Source: Flavobacteriia bacterium (GTDB taxonomy: Bacteria > Bacteroidota > Bacteroidia > Flavobacteriales_D > Crocinitomicaceae). From it: a stretch of 64,000 nt of DNA. Both the position numbers and the translations under genes were made by a program. Of the stretch, positions 37,932-47,938 are shown piece by piece (within the stretch, counting starts at the first letter, position 1; each line of letters opens with the position of its first letter). The stretch spans positions 51,139 through 115,138 of the forward strand of contig JACOTM010000043.1 of NCBI GenBank assembly GCA_016178305.1, read 5' to 3'. A model generated the notes under the pieces. The model saw nothing but the letters and a program-made list of their open reading frames with translations. It ran no database searches and was not told the DNA's origin.

Positions 37932-38930
37932 ATGAAACAAATTTTTAATAATATTCAAGTTTTATTTGCAGTTTTATTATCAACAAATATACAAGCGCAA
38001 GACGTATTATTTTCAGCTCCTGATAATACACAATTAGCTATTAATCCAGCTCAAGCAGGTTCATACAATAAACTTCAAGCGAATGTTGGTTATAGAAATC
38101 AATGGCAACGATTAGGAAATCCATTCAATACGATGATGGCCTCTATTGATGTTACTTTAGAAGGAACAAGAAAAAGTTATCTAGCGATAGGTTTAGAATT
38201 TTATAGCGATAATTCAAGTTCAAAAATAGCAACTACAATGGTTCGATCATCGTGGGCTTACCATTTACAATTAAATTCATACAATCGTTTAAGTGTAGGG
38301 ATGAATTTTGGAGTTATTGGCTTAAACTCTAATTTAGAGAATGAGAGATGGGGAAATCAATATGATGGGACTCAATATAATAGCAATTTATTTTCGGGAG
38401 AAAGTTATATGACGTCCAATATCACTAAAATGGATGTTGGTGGAGGAATCGTTTTTTCTTCTAAAAATTCAATTCATTTAAGTACACCTACTTTCCAATG
38501 TGGAATAGCTGGTTATCATTTAAATAGACCAAATTTATCCATGTATTCTATTTCAAATAGTAAGTTACCGATTCGGATTTCAAGTTTTATTAATTTTAGT
38601 GTACCATTTAACGAAGGAAGAAATGAAATAAAGCCTGCAGCGTATTTTCAAATTCAAGGGAAATTTCTTTCTTATTTAGCAGGATCAATGTTAACATTTA
38701 ACGGACATAAACATAAAGCGTATAATATGTATAACGCTAAAAATGGTACTTCAAGTTTTTCAATGGGATTATTTTATAGATCTACAGGAGCAGTTGTAAC
38801 AAGAGTTTCAATTCAAAAATCGGCATGGGATTTTGGATTTACATTCGATATGAATATTCGAAATAAAACGAATGTAATGATAACTAAAGGAGCATCAGAA
38901 ATTAGTTTGAAATATAGTATAGGAAAATAA
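37932..38930 (+). CDS. PorP/SprF-family type IX secretion system membrane protein
   Basis: INPAQAGS and YRNQWQ motifs, beta-barrel-like sequence, and the canonical position immediately downstream of a type B sorting-domain cargo gene. Confidence 0.85.
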   Translation: MKQIFNNIQVLFAVLLSTNIQAQDVLFSAPDNTQLAINPAQAGSYNKLQANVGYRNQWQRLGNPFNTMMASIDVTLEGTRKSYLAIGLEFYSDNSSSKIATTMVRSSWAYHLQLNSYNRLSVGMNFGVIGLNSNLENERWGNQYDGTQYNSNLFSGESYMTSNITKMDVGGGIVFSSKNSIHLSTPTFQCGIAGYHLNRPNLSMYSISNSKLPIRISSFINFSVPFNEGRNEIKPAAYFQIQGKFLSYLAGSMLTFNGHKHKAYNMYNAKNGTSSFSMGLFYRSTGAVVTRVSIQKSAWDFGFTFDMNIRNKTNVMITKGASEISLKYSIGK

Positions 38931-38931
38931 T

Positions 38932-38962
38932 AAGCTGAATTCGATTAAAATTTTGCATTCAG
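38932..38962. repeat. Intergenic hairpin motif, copy 1 (contains the 22-nt exact repeat aagctgaattcgattaaaattt)
   Basis: 38932-38953 is identical to the reverse complement of 63867-63888. The stem ctgaat/attcag (38935-38940 and 38957-38962) encloses the loop tcgattaaaattttgc. Confidence 0.6.
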
Positions 38963-39151
38963 ATAGCCTATAAATAGTGAGTTGCGATTAAAAGGATAGA
39001 AGGAATAGCGGACTATTTCAAGAAGCTTTTGGGAAGTGAAATACAAAAAAGTAGTAATATCAACTTGATTTAGCTCCTTTCGAAAGATTCAAACTATGGC
39101 GCTAAACCTTCGTTCGATTCAAACTTTTTACACTCAGTTGTTAATGTTATC

Positions 39152-40270
39152 TCAAGCAAAATGAATATAACGCATCACTTTAAAACAAAGATTTGTAAAT
39201 AATATTTTAGAATTAGCATTGCGTTCGATTTGGTAATGTGCATCGTTGAATGTTTCCATAAAATCAAAGACATTTTTACCAGTTATAAAACGCGCGAAAT
39301 TTTTTAAAAAAGCATCTTCTTGTTCAGAAACACGTGTCAATTGATTTTCAGTATAGTTTCGTAACATACTTTGTCGAAACATGTGTAAACAATAGCGTAC
39401 AAAAACTTTTTGTCTATCGCGTGAAAGGAGATTTACTTCTTCCGCCCAATCCATCATAGGAATGACATCTTTTTTATAACAAACACGCATTAATTTTATA
39501 AATAATTCCCGATTTTCATCTTCCTCATGATGGTCACCCAACATTTCCAAAGCATCGATATAATCTCCATCCGTTCGTGCAGCAAGGCTGTCTGCTATAT
39601 GAATGTTAATTTGATGTTTACTTCTTAAAAACTGGCTAAATTCTGTCATATTGATTCGAGGAACTTTAAGGAGTTGGGTTCTCGAAATAATCGTTGGAAG
39701 AATAGCTTCTTGAGATTCACAAACTAATAAAAATAAAGTTTTAGCAGGTGGTTCTTCTAAAATTTTAAGCAATTTGTTAGAACAAGTAGTATTCATTTCT
39801 TCCGCCATCCAAATTAACATGACCTTATAACCACCTTCATAGGATTTCAGGTTTAATTTTTTGATAATTTCTTGACTTTCCTCTGTTCCAATGATAGGTT
39901 TTCGTTCTTTATCATCTATTCGTTTTAACCAATGCGTTAAATTAAAATAGGGATTTTCTTTCATTTGTTCTCGCCATTTTGGAAGAAAAGCATCTGATTT
40001 TTTATCAATTGCTAAGACAACAGGGAATGAAAAATGTAAATCTGGGTGTTGTAAATCTTGAACCTTTTTACAAGAAGGACAAACACCGCAACTATCTGCT
40101 TCGGATTTATTTTCACAAAACAAATATTGAACATAAGCTAAAGCTAGTGGAAGACCTCCATAACCTGGTTTTCCAAGAATTAATTGAGCATGGCTGATTT
40201 TATCATTTTGAATTCTTTGAATAAAATGATGTTTTAATTCTTGTTGTCCAACTATGTCTTTGAATTGCAT
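39152..40270 (-). CDS. holB: DNA polymerase III delta-prime subunit-like AAA+ protein
   Basis: IVGQQELK...HAQLILGKPGYGGLPLA and the zinc module CGVCPSCKK. The domain order is typical of HolB. Confidence 0.8.
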   Translation of the reverse strand: MQFKDIVGQQELKHHFIQRIQNDKISHAQLILGKPGYGGLPLALAYVQYLFCENKSEADSCGVCPSCKKVQDLQHPDLHFSFPVVLAIDKKSDAFLPKWREQMKENPYFNLTHWLKRIDDKERKPIIGTEESQEIIKKLNLKSYEGGYKVMLIWMAEEMNTTCSNKLLKILEEPPAKTLFLLVCESQEAILPTIISRTQLLKVPRINMTEFSQFLRSKHQINIHIADSLAARTDGDYIDALEMLGDHHEEDENRELFIKLMRVCYKKDVIPMMDWAEEVNLLSRDRQKVFVRYCLHMFRQSMLRNYTENQLTRVSEQEDAFLKNFARFITGKNVFDFMETFNDAHYQIERNANSKILFTNLCFKVMRYIHFA

Positions 40271-40367
40271 GCTCTAAAATTAATGAAAATTGGAATAGAT
40301 TTTGACATTGAAAGTTAAATTGAAAAAAAAACTTATATTTAAAATCAAGAAAAATAAAAATGACACT

Positions 40368-41033
40368 ATGAAAAAATATTTATTATCAATTGCAACAGTA
40401 GTTGTATCAATAATTACCTTTTCCCAAAACGTGGAAATTGATGAGAGAAATGCAACGTTTAATGCAGGTAGTAGAAATGCAATTTATGTTTCAATCCCTC
40501 ATGTAACAGTAGATTTTATCGAAAAGAAAATTAAAGATGAGGTAAAAGATTGGGGCGGGAAATATAATTCTTCAAAAGGAGAATATACTTCCATGCAAGC
40601 TCAAATTAAAGAAATGGGTGAAAAAATGTTTGATGGCTATGCTAAAATAGTTAGTGAAAAAGATGGGAATGTTGTTGTAGCATTTGCGTTTGATTTGGGA
40701 GGAGCGTTTATGACGAGTTCAGAGCATAAAACACAATACTCAGCAATGGCGGCAAAATTAAAAGATTTTGGAGTAAATGCAGCCAAAGATTTTGTAAGTG
40801 AAGAAATAAAAGATCAAGAAAAAATATTGAAATCTTTAATGAAAGATCAAGAATCGTTAGTAAGTACGAAGTCAGATTTAGAAAAAGATATTGAAGATTA
40901 TAAAAAGAAAATTGCTGAAGCAGAAAAGAAAATAGAAGAAAACAAATCAAATCAAGAAAAAATGAAAGAAGAAATAAAAACACAAGAGGTTAAAGTTGAG
41001 GAAGTAAATAAAAAATTAAAAGGGATTAAATAA
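40368..41033 (+). CDS. Hypothetical secreted protein with C-terminal coiled coil
   Basis: The ATG at 40368 gives the signal peptide MKKYLLSIATVVVSIITFSQ. The TTG at 40302 in the ORF track adds an implausible extension. Confidence 0.6.
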   Translation: MKKYLLSIATVVVSIITFSQNVEIDERNATFNAGSRNAIYVSIPHVTVDFIEKKIKDEVKDWGGKYNSSKGEYTSMQAQIKEMGEKMFDGYAKIVSEKDGNVVVAFAFDLGGAFMTSSEHKTQYSAMAAKLKDFGVNAAKDFVSEEIKDQEKILKSLMKDQESLVSTKSDLEKDIEDYKKKIAEAEKKIEENKSNQEKMKEEIKTQEVKVEEVNKKLKGIK

Positions 41034-41061
41034 GTCAGGTTTAAAATTTAGATAGATTCTT

Positions 41062-41095
41062 AATCTGATTTCGATTAAAATGTTCTTTTCAGATT
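41062..41095. repeat. Intergenic hairpin motif, copy 2 (diverged)
   Basis: The stem aatctga/tcagatt encloses the loop tttcgattaaaatgttctt. It shares ctga-ttcgattaaaat with copy 1 (16 of 17 nt). Confidence 0.45.
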
Positions 41096-41198
41096 TTAAT
41101 TAATTTGAAAGGATAAGTCGTGTTTTCGTAGGTTTGTACAAGTAAATTTTTATAATTTTACGAGATAAAAGAATTGAAATTTTCAATTAAAAATAGAT

Positions 41199-42824
41199 AT
41201 GTATAAACAAATTCTAATTTTATTATTTCTTTTTTCAAATTATTTTCTTTTTGCGATTGATCAAAACACAATTGTAAAATGGCAACAGCAATTGAACACA
41301 TTAGATGCAGGACCTGAAAAAAAAGGGCAGAAAGCTTTTGAATTCAGTGTTCAATGTGTAAATCAAAATAAATTTTTGGATGCTTTAAATTTTAGCGTAA
41401 TTGCAAAACAGAATTTCATTAAAGCAAAAAACGAACATAAATTAGGGTATTTATACGAACAATTGGGAACAATTTATTCTGAAATAAATGAATATAAGAA
41501 ATCTACAGAATATTATTTACGTGCGATTACTATTTTTTCAAAATTTCAAAATGTACGAAAAATAGCTTCTGCGAGAATGAATTTAGTGCTGATGTACCTA
41601 AAAGTAGATAAATTCCAAAAAGCATTAAGAATAATTAATTTAGACGCGGGCTATTATAAAGAGAATGCGCAAAACAGTAAAACGATAGTTGATTATTATT
41701 TTACAAAGGGTGTTATTTTTGGAGGATTAAATCAAATTGATAGTTCGTTATTTTATTTTCAAAAATGCTCTGATTTCTACAAAAAAACAAAAGATTATAC
41801 CCAATATGGCGGGTTATTAAACAATATTGGAGCATTATATTCTAAGCAGGGTCAAAATAAAGAAGCGTTGAGTTATTACAATGAAGCACTTAAGGTTTTT
41901 CAATTTCATAAAATTCAAAGAGGAATCGGAGTTTCACTTTCAAATATTGCTTTTTTATTGAAAAAAGAAAAACGAAATTCTGAATCTTTAAAATTATATT
42001 TACAATCAATTGAATTTTTTGAAAAATCAAATTCAACTTATTACTTATTAGATGCTTATTCTAACATTATTGAAATAAATAAAAACCTTAAGAATCTTGA
42101 ACAAGTTGTAAAGTATTTTGAGATAAAAGATAAATTGGAAGAAAAATTAGCTACTTCTGAAGTTGTTTCTCAAATTGCTCAGGTAGAATTAAAACATCAA
42201 ATAACACAAAAAGAGCAACAATATCAATTAAAGAATCAATCTAATAAATTGAAACAAAACAGATTGACGATTATTTTATTGATAAGTATTTCATTATTGA
42301 TATTGATTAGTTTTATAGTCTTTTTTTTAAGAAATACGTTGCATAAAACGAAATTAAAAGAAGCCTTGTTGCAAAAAGAAAAAATTGAATTATCATCAGA
42401 ACTCAGTCATAGTAATCGTGAATTGGAAAAATTTGCAATAAAAATAATTGAGAAAAATGAGTTATTAGAACAATTAATTGAAAAAACAAAGCAGAAAGAA
42501 ATTACTCAAACAGATGAAATGAAAGTTCTTTATCAAGCCATTTCACACAACTTGTATTTAGATAATGATCGAAAAGATTTAGAATTGCAAATAGATAGAG
42601 TTCATCAAAAATTCTTAGCTAAATTGTTTGAAAAATTTCCTGAATTGACCAAAAATGAAATTCGCTTGTGCTCTCTTTTGATGTTAGATTTAAGTTCAAA
42701 AGATATAGCGATAATTTTAAATATTTCGCCAGATAGTGTCAAAAAAAATAGGAATAGACTAAGAAAATCTCTCAATCTAGATAATAATCAGAACATTAAA
42801 GACTTTTTGCTGAATTTATCATAA
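41199..42824 (+). CDS. TPR-repeat membrane-anchored regulator with C-terminal LuxR-type HTH
   Basis: N-terminal signal/TM, TPR-like repeats, one TM helix (RLTIILLISISLLILISFIVFFL) and the C-terminal segment TKNEIRLCSLLMLDLSSKDIAIILNISPDSVKKNRNRLRKSL. Confidence 0.75.
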   Translation: MYKQILILLFLFSNYFLFAIDQNTIVKWQQQLNTLDAGPEKKGQKAFEFSVQCVNQNKFLDALNFSVIAKQNFIKAKNEHKLGYLYEQLGTIYSEINEYKKSTEYYLRAITIFSKFQNVRKIASARMNLVLMYLKVDKFQKALRIINLDAGYYKENAQNSKTIVDYYFTKGVIFGGLNQIDSSLFYFQKCSDFYKKTKDYTQYGGLLNNIGALYSKQGQNKEALSYYNEALKVFQFHKIQRGIGVSLSNIAFLLKKEKRNSESLKLYLQSIEFFEKSNSTYYLLDAYSNIIEINKNLKNLEQVVKYFEIKDKLEEKLATSEVVSQIAQVELKHQITQKEQQYQLKNQSNKLKQNRLTIILLISISLLILISFIVFFLRNTLHKTKLKEALLQKEKIELSSELSHSNRELEKFAIKIIEKNELLEQLIEKTKQKEITQTDEMKVLYQAISHNLYLDNDRKDLELQIDRVHQKFLAKLFEKFPELTKNEIRLCSLLMLDLSSKDIAIILNISPDSVKKNRNRLRKSLNLDNNQNIKDFLLNLS

Positions 42825-42952
42825 AAATACTTGTCAACCTTTTGCCCCCCCTTTTGCTCTAAAATGATTAATTTATTATCCCTTTTGTCACCCAATAAAT
42901 TTAGTTAAACTTTCATTGAGTCCCTATCTTTGTAAAACGAAAATGTAAGGAT

Positions 42953-43978
42953 ATGAGATATGCTTTCAATTTGTTTTATATGCATAAACGATTTATACTT
43001 TCAATGCGGTTCGCTTTTATTATTTTGAATTGTATAATGCCTCATTTATTATTGGGTGTAGTTAATAAAATGGATTCCATTCATGCAGATTTATCAATTG
43101 AAAAAACAATACACGTACAAGATGGTTTCGTCAGTGTAGGGTCATTAAATTTAAATAATGGAAAAGGGTTCGATATTTATATTTCGAAAGTTGATTTTAA
43201 TGGAATTCATTGTTGGTCAAAAATAATTAGTTCTGATTTTTCTGATTTTGGAAATGGGATTACATTGTTAATTGATGGAAATATTGCTATTTGTGGCATG
43301 CAAAACACAGATGGTTATTTTGCTAAAATCAACGGTTTGACAGGAGAAATTTTACATGAAAAATTAATAAGCACTACTAATAATACGGAATTAAATGTTG
43401 TAATTGAAACGTTGGACGGAGGGTTTTTATTAGGAGGAAGTTGTAAAAAAGCGGATTTCTTTTTATTTAAAATGACCTCAACATATCATACGGAATGGGT
43501 AAAAAGTTGGGGAGGTACAAAATGGGATAAAATAACGATATTAATTGAAAATAGTGACAATGACTTTACTGTAGGTGGTTGGACCTATTCATTTGGGAAT
43601 ATTAATTGTAAAGGTTATGTATCCAGATTTCAAATAAAAGACAAACAATTTTCTACATTTTGGTCTAATATTTATGAAGAAAATACTTTCATAACATTGA
43701 ATGATGGAGTTCGCACAAAAGAAGGAGGCTATACATTTTATGGGAATAAATCTTGTGAGTTTAATTCTAGCTCTTATGAAACCTTTTCTATATTTTTAGA
43801 TAGTGTGGGTGAGACAGCAGTAGATGAAAATAACAAAAAAGTAATTTGGAAAAGCAGTAGTGAAGTAATTTTTTTCCCTGAAGATGTTATAATAAATGAA
43901 GTTCATTCGGAAATAATAGAAGTTCAAAATTTCAAAATTCAAGATATTAATTTTCACAAATTGGAATATGAATTTTGA
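42953..43978 (+). CDS. Hypothetical protein with beta-propeller-like repeats; start codon uncertain
   Basis: It has repeated G..G......K.D..G...W.K units. A TATCTTTG -7-like box lies at 42925-42932. Confidence 0.5.
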   Translation: MRYAFNLFYMHKRFILSMRFAFIILNCIMPHLLLGVVNKMDSIHADLSIEKTIHVQDGFVSVGSLNLNNGKGFDIYISKVDFNGIHCWSKIISSDFSDFGNGITLLIDGNIAICGMQNTDGYFAKINGLTGEILHEKLISTTNNTELNVVIETLDGGFLLGGSCKKADFFLFKMTSTYHTEWVKSWGGTKWDKITILIENSDNDFTVGGWTYSFGNINCKGYVSRFQIKDKQFSTFWSNIYEENTFITLNDGVRTKEGGYTFYGNKSCEFNSSSYETFSIFLDSVGETAVDENNKKVIWKSSSEVIFFPEDVIINEVHSEIIEVQNFKIQDINFHKLEYEF

Positions 43979-44223
43979 AAAACAGTTGATAAGAAAATAT
44001 CGTTTCAAAGTAAATACATACAAATAGTTCTATAATTAAGAATTTTTGTAATACTCAAAAATAAAATTATAATATTCCTTTGGCATAGTAATTTAGTTTC
44101 ATAATAGTTGTTTAGGTTTAGTGGTAACCCACTTTTAGTTTGCACGAAAGCCAAAGGAAGTTGATAATAAAGCTATATTTTTAATGTAGTGATAGGTGTA
44201 TTATAGTTTTATTTTTCAACAAC

Positions 44224-44258
44224 AAAGGGATGAAAATTTTGTATTTCATCCCTTTTTT
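44224..44258. terminator. Terminator hairpin between convergent genes, probably bidirectional
   Basis: The stem gggatgaaa/tttcatccc (44227-44235 and 44244-44252) is followed by T6 on the plus strand and by a T-rich tail on the minus strand. Confidence 0.6.
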
Positions 44259-44375
44259 ATTGTGAAAATATATAGTAATATTTATAGATGAATTACGGCT
44301 AAAAGAATTAAGAAACAGCGAACCATTTCAAGTAACTTTTAGGAAGTAAATCACTTTGTATAGTTGAAAAAGTAT

Positions 44376-44735
44376 TTAGTACAATTCTAATTTCAGAGCT
44401 GTTCTATAGTCTTTAATTTCTTCTCGGTTAATTTTGTGATCTGCTTTTTTCAAAAGATCTAATAAATACAATAAGTTTTCTTGATCTTCAATTTCTAAAG
44501 GATATTCATTTCCTTCTTCATCTTCTTCAAATTGCCCTTTTACATCAAAAGCCTCACGCTCACTTAAAAACTCATAAGTCAATCGCAAAACTTTAACCAC
44601 CAATGGATCTTGTTCTTTTAAAGCAAATTCTCTTAATTCTTTTAAATCATCAATTAAACCACTTGCTAAAACACCATCTTTATTTACTTTGCTAATGATT
44701 TCATCTAATTTTTTATTTGCCGCTGCAATCTTCAT
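44376..44735 (-). CDS. Hypothetical acidic protein
   Basis: 119-aa ORF. I recognise no family. Confidence 0.5.
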   Translation of the reverse strand: MKIAAANKKLDEIISKVNKDGVLASGLIDDLKELREFALKEQDPLVVKVLRLTYEFLSEREAFDVKGQFEEDEEGNEYPLEIEDQENLLYLLDLLKKADHKINREEIKDYRTALKLELY

Positions 44736-44893
44736 AATTATAAAATAAATTAATTTTTGAATGTCACAAAATCCATTTTTACATTCGTCTGTACAAATGT
44801 AATGAACTTCCGTTAAAAATGAATTATTTCACAAAGAATCTATTTAAATACATAGCGTTTTTTTCTTAAATCCCTAATATTATTGAATTCACT

Positions 44894-44924
44894 TTTGCTT
44901 AAAAAGACTAAAATGCTATATTTG
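44894..44924 (+). promoter_or_regulatory. Candidate Bacteroidota sigma-A promoter (TTTG-N19-TATATTTG)
   Basis: -33 TTTG at 44894-44897 and -7 TATATTTG at 44917-44924. It lies 22 nt upstream of the TTG start of the LysE gene. Confidence 0.45.
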
Positions 44925-44945
44925 TAAAAATGCAATCTAAAAATT

Positions 44946-45566
44946 TTGTTTGATTTTGTTATAGAAGGAATTATTACAGGACTTATATTAAGTATAATGA
45001 TTGGCCCTGTTTTCTTTGTGTTATTAGAAACTAGTATCCGCAAAGGTGTTCGTTCTGCCATGTCATTTGATGCAGGGGTATTAGTTAGTGACTTAATTTA
45101 CATTGCATTAGTCTATTTTTTCTTTTCGAAAGTTGAATCCATCACGGAAGAAGGAGAAAATAATTTAAAGGCTAAAATTGTTGGAGGCCTGTTGTTTCTT
45201 GCTTATGGAGTTTTTACTTTTTTTAAAAAACAAAAACAAGTGAAAGTTGATGAAGATGGAAATATCATACAGCAAGATTTTTTAAGATTATTTTTTAAAG
45301 GATTTATTCTTAATTTTTTAAATCCAATGGTTATTTTTTATTGGTTTAGTATTTTAACTATACATGGGAAAGAATCACAAATACCATTTGTATCGATTAT
45401 ATTAATTACTTATTTTTCAATTGATTTTTTAAAAATTTTAGGAGCAAAAAAATTAAGACCACTGGTAACAGAAAATAGATTAAGGACTTTAAATCATTTA
45501 ATTGGAGTGATTTTTTTGGGGTTTGGTATCGTTTTACTAGTTAAAGGAATTATTAAAATAATGTAA
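44946..45566 (+). CDS. LysE-family amino-acid exporter
   Basis: About six TM helices and the N-terminal motif GLILSIMIGPVFFVLLETSIRKG. TTG start. Confidence 0.8.
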   Translation: MFDFVIEGIITGLILSIMIGPVFFVLLETSIRKGVRSAMSFDAGVLVSDLIYIALVYFFFSKVESITEEGENNLKAKIVGGLLFLAYGVFTFFKKQKQVKVDEDGNIIQQDFLRLFFKGFILNFLNPMVIFYWFSILTIHGKESQIPFVSIILITYFSIDFLKILGAKKLRPLVTENRLRTLNHLIGVIFLGFGIVLLVKGIIKIM

Positions 45567-45619
45567 CAATTATTATAATTCAAGTTATTTTTATAAATCA
45601 ATAATTAAATATTCATATT

Positions 45620-47311
45620 ATGAAGATCATTTCTTTTCTTTTCTTTTTAATTCCAATCATATTATTTAGTCAAGAAGTAAAAAAAGAAAATTTATCAAAA
45701 AAATATTCAATTTTTTGGGATTTCAATAAAACAAAAGTGCAATCAATAGGATCGTATTATCTTGATCAATTAGGGGAAACAGAAGATAATCATGGAAAAT
45801 GGATGTATTTTGATAAATTTGGTAAGTTAGAAGAAGAGCGAAATTATTACCGTGGGCAATTACATGGAAAAGTGATGTTATATTACCCAAATGGAAAACC
45901 AAAACAAGAAGGATATTTTAAATTAGATAAACAAGATAGTATTTATCGAGAATGGTATGAAAATGGAAAATTAGCAAAAGAAGGATTTTTTAAAGATGAT
46001 CGTTGTTTTGGAATTTGGAAATATTACTATTTAGATGGTAGAGAAAAATCCTTCGAAGAAGAAATTGATAGTGTGAATTATGTTCGTTCTTTTTGGTTAC
46101 CTGATTCTTTACATTCCCAAACAATAATTAATGGAACTGGTGAAATGACAGTTTATCACACAACAGGTACGATTAAAGAATGGTATAATTATAAAGACGG
46201 TTTAAAAGATGGCCCTTTCGAAGAAAGAAGTATTTATGGATATAATTTATTGACCGGTTCTTTTATTCTTGGAGAAAAAGAAGGAGAATGGAAATATTAC
46301 TATTATACTGGTGAAATTGAAAAAATAACGCATTATAAAAAAGGACATTTAGATGGAGATTACAAATATTATTATGATAAAAATAGAATCAATGTAACAG
46401 GTCAATACATTGAAGGTCAAAAAACGGGTGAATGGACTTGGTACACAAATACGGGCTCTTTGGATATGAAAGGGTCCTTTAATAAAGATAAACAAAATGG
46501 TAAGTGGACTTATTGGTATCCAACAGGAAATCAAATTTCTTATACGGCGGAATATCTAGATGACAAAAAAACGGGACATTGGACATACTGGTATCAAAAT
46601 GGTAAAAAATTCAAAGAAGGCGATTTTGCAAACGATGAAAAAAATGGTCGTTGGAATACATGGTATGAAAATGAAATATTATTAATGGATGGTATTTATG
46701 TAAATGGAAAAGAAGAAGGGCTATGGTTGAATTATTGGGATAATGGTGTTTTAAAAAATTCTGTAACATTTAAAAAAGGATTAATGAATGGAGAATGGAA
46801 GTCCTTTTTTCCTTCAGGACATCCAAAGTTAACAGGACATTATAAAGATAATTTCAAAACGGGTGAATGGGTAGATTATTTTGAAAATGGGTCTCCTAAA
46901 GATTTGATTACGTATAAAATTTTCATTGAAAAATCTAAAGTGAAATATGGTGTAATGAAAGGACATGAAGTCAAAGAAGAAAAAAAACATGGTCACGCCA
47001 TTTCATATTCAAGTAAAGATTTTAGGAAAACGGAAGAAGGAGATTATAAAGAGGGTAAAAAAGAGGGGGAATGGATTGCCTATTATCCTGGAGGAAAAAT
47101 GCCCGCTGTGATTACAAATTACAAAGAAGGTGAGCTAGATGGGGTTATGAAACAATACGATCAAAAAGGAAAAATAACAACAGAAATTAATTATAAAAAT
47201 GGTGTTAAACACGGAAAATTCATTGTTTATAATGAAAAAGGAAAAATTGTTGTTGAAAAAATGTTTGCCAATGGAATGGAAGTAAAGGGAAGTGTTTTTG
47301 CCCCAAAATAA
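45620..47311 (+). CDS. MORN-variant (YwqK-like) repeat protein, secreted
   Basis: Signal peptide plus about 20 repeats of the form G..EG.W..YY.NGK...EG.Y..GK..G.W. Confidence 0.8.
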   Translation: MKIISFLFFLIPIILFSQEVKKENLSKKYSIFWDFNKTKVQSIGSYYLDQLGETEDNHGKWMYFDKFGKLEEERNYYRGQLHGKVMLYYPNGKPKQEGYFKLDKQDSIYREWYENGKLAKEGFFKDDRCFGIWKYYYLDGREKSFEEEIDSVNYVRSFWLPDSLHSQTIINGTGEMTVYHTTGTIKEWYNYKDGLKDGPFEERSIYGYNLLTGSFILGEKEGEWKYYYYTGEIEKITHYKKGHLDGDYKYYYDKNRINVTGQYIEGQKTGEWTWYTNTGSLDMKGSFNKDKQNGKWTYWYPTGNQISYTAEYLDDKKTGHWTYWYQNGKKFKEGDFANDEKNGRWNTWYENEILLMDGIYVNGKEEGLWLNYWDNGVLKNSVTFKKGLMNGEWKSFFPSGHPKLTGHYKDNFKTGEWVDYFENGSPKDLITYKIFIEKSKVKYGVMKGHEVKEEKKHGHAISYSSKDFRKTEEGDYKEGKKEGEWIAYYPGGKMPAVITNYKEGELDGVMKQYDQKGKITTEINYKNGVKHGKFIVYNEKGKIVVEKMFANGMEVKGSVFAPK

Positions 47312-47519
47312 TTTTAACTCAATTTTAAGGAAATAAAAACGGTCTAAAATTATTTGATAAACAGATTTTATGGAATTTTTCATTCAAAAAGACAGGTTTT
47401 TAAGTAATAAATAGACTTTTATTTAGCCTTCGTATTCTTAAAAATTTAAATTTTTTGGAGCATTAAAGATTTAAAATATGAAAGACGTAATAAAATTAGA
47501 CAGATTCTAATCGTTCTAT

Positions 47520-47855
47520 TTGTATTTTTTATCAGCATTGATTTTACCACTTTTTTTTGCTTGCAAGAAAGAAAGTTCGACTCCAACCCTTACTCCGACT
47601 CCAACTTCTAATTCATACTTTATTAAAGCGACATTAGGCGGTACACTTTGGCAAGCTTATGATGGTCAAAATGTATGTTCAATTCCCAGTAGTAATGCAA
47701 TGTCATCAGATTCTCAAACAAGTACTTTAGTTGCATCTTTTGGTGCTGGATTTGACCAAGATGCTATGTATGGAACAATAACTACAGCATTAAATGGAAG
47801 TGTGGATACCAAACAATATAGGTTCAAATGGTATTTTCAAGTTTTTAAAATATAA
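47520..47855 (+). CDS. Hypothetical lipoprotein fragment, possibly a pseudogene
   Basis: The lipobox-like LPLFFAC|KKESS has no charged N-terminus. An in-frame ATG at 47478 is cut off by TAA at 47508-47510. Confidence 0.35.
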   Translation: MYFLSALILPLFFACKKESSTPTLTPTPTSNSYFIKATLGGTLWQAYDGQNVCSIPSSNAMSSDSQTSTLVASFGAGFDQDAMYGTITTALNGSVDTKQYRFKWYFQVFKI

Positions 47856-47938
47856 AACCCCAAGAATTCTCTCAGGGTTTAATTATTAATTTATCTATAA
47901 TCTACTAATTTGCAATTTGCCAATCTGTAATCTAAATC

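Noticed and set aside
42839-42851. The GC-rich 11-mer cttttgccccc (with a C7 tract) recurs inverted at 51129-51139; both copies lie near TPR-regulator genes
   Set aside because: An 11-nt match is expected many times by chance in 64 kb. The C7 tract lies neither in an ORF nor inside a recognisable promoter spacer, so a phase-variation claim is unsupported.
44840-45061. Minus-strand ORFs 44840-45061, 47135-47383, 53451-53684, 63568-63750, and plus-strand ORFs 30561-30746 and 63636-63860
   Set aside because: They overlap stronger genes or their starts on the opposite strand, or they mirror Lys-rich low-complexity coding sequence. I recognise no motifs.
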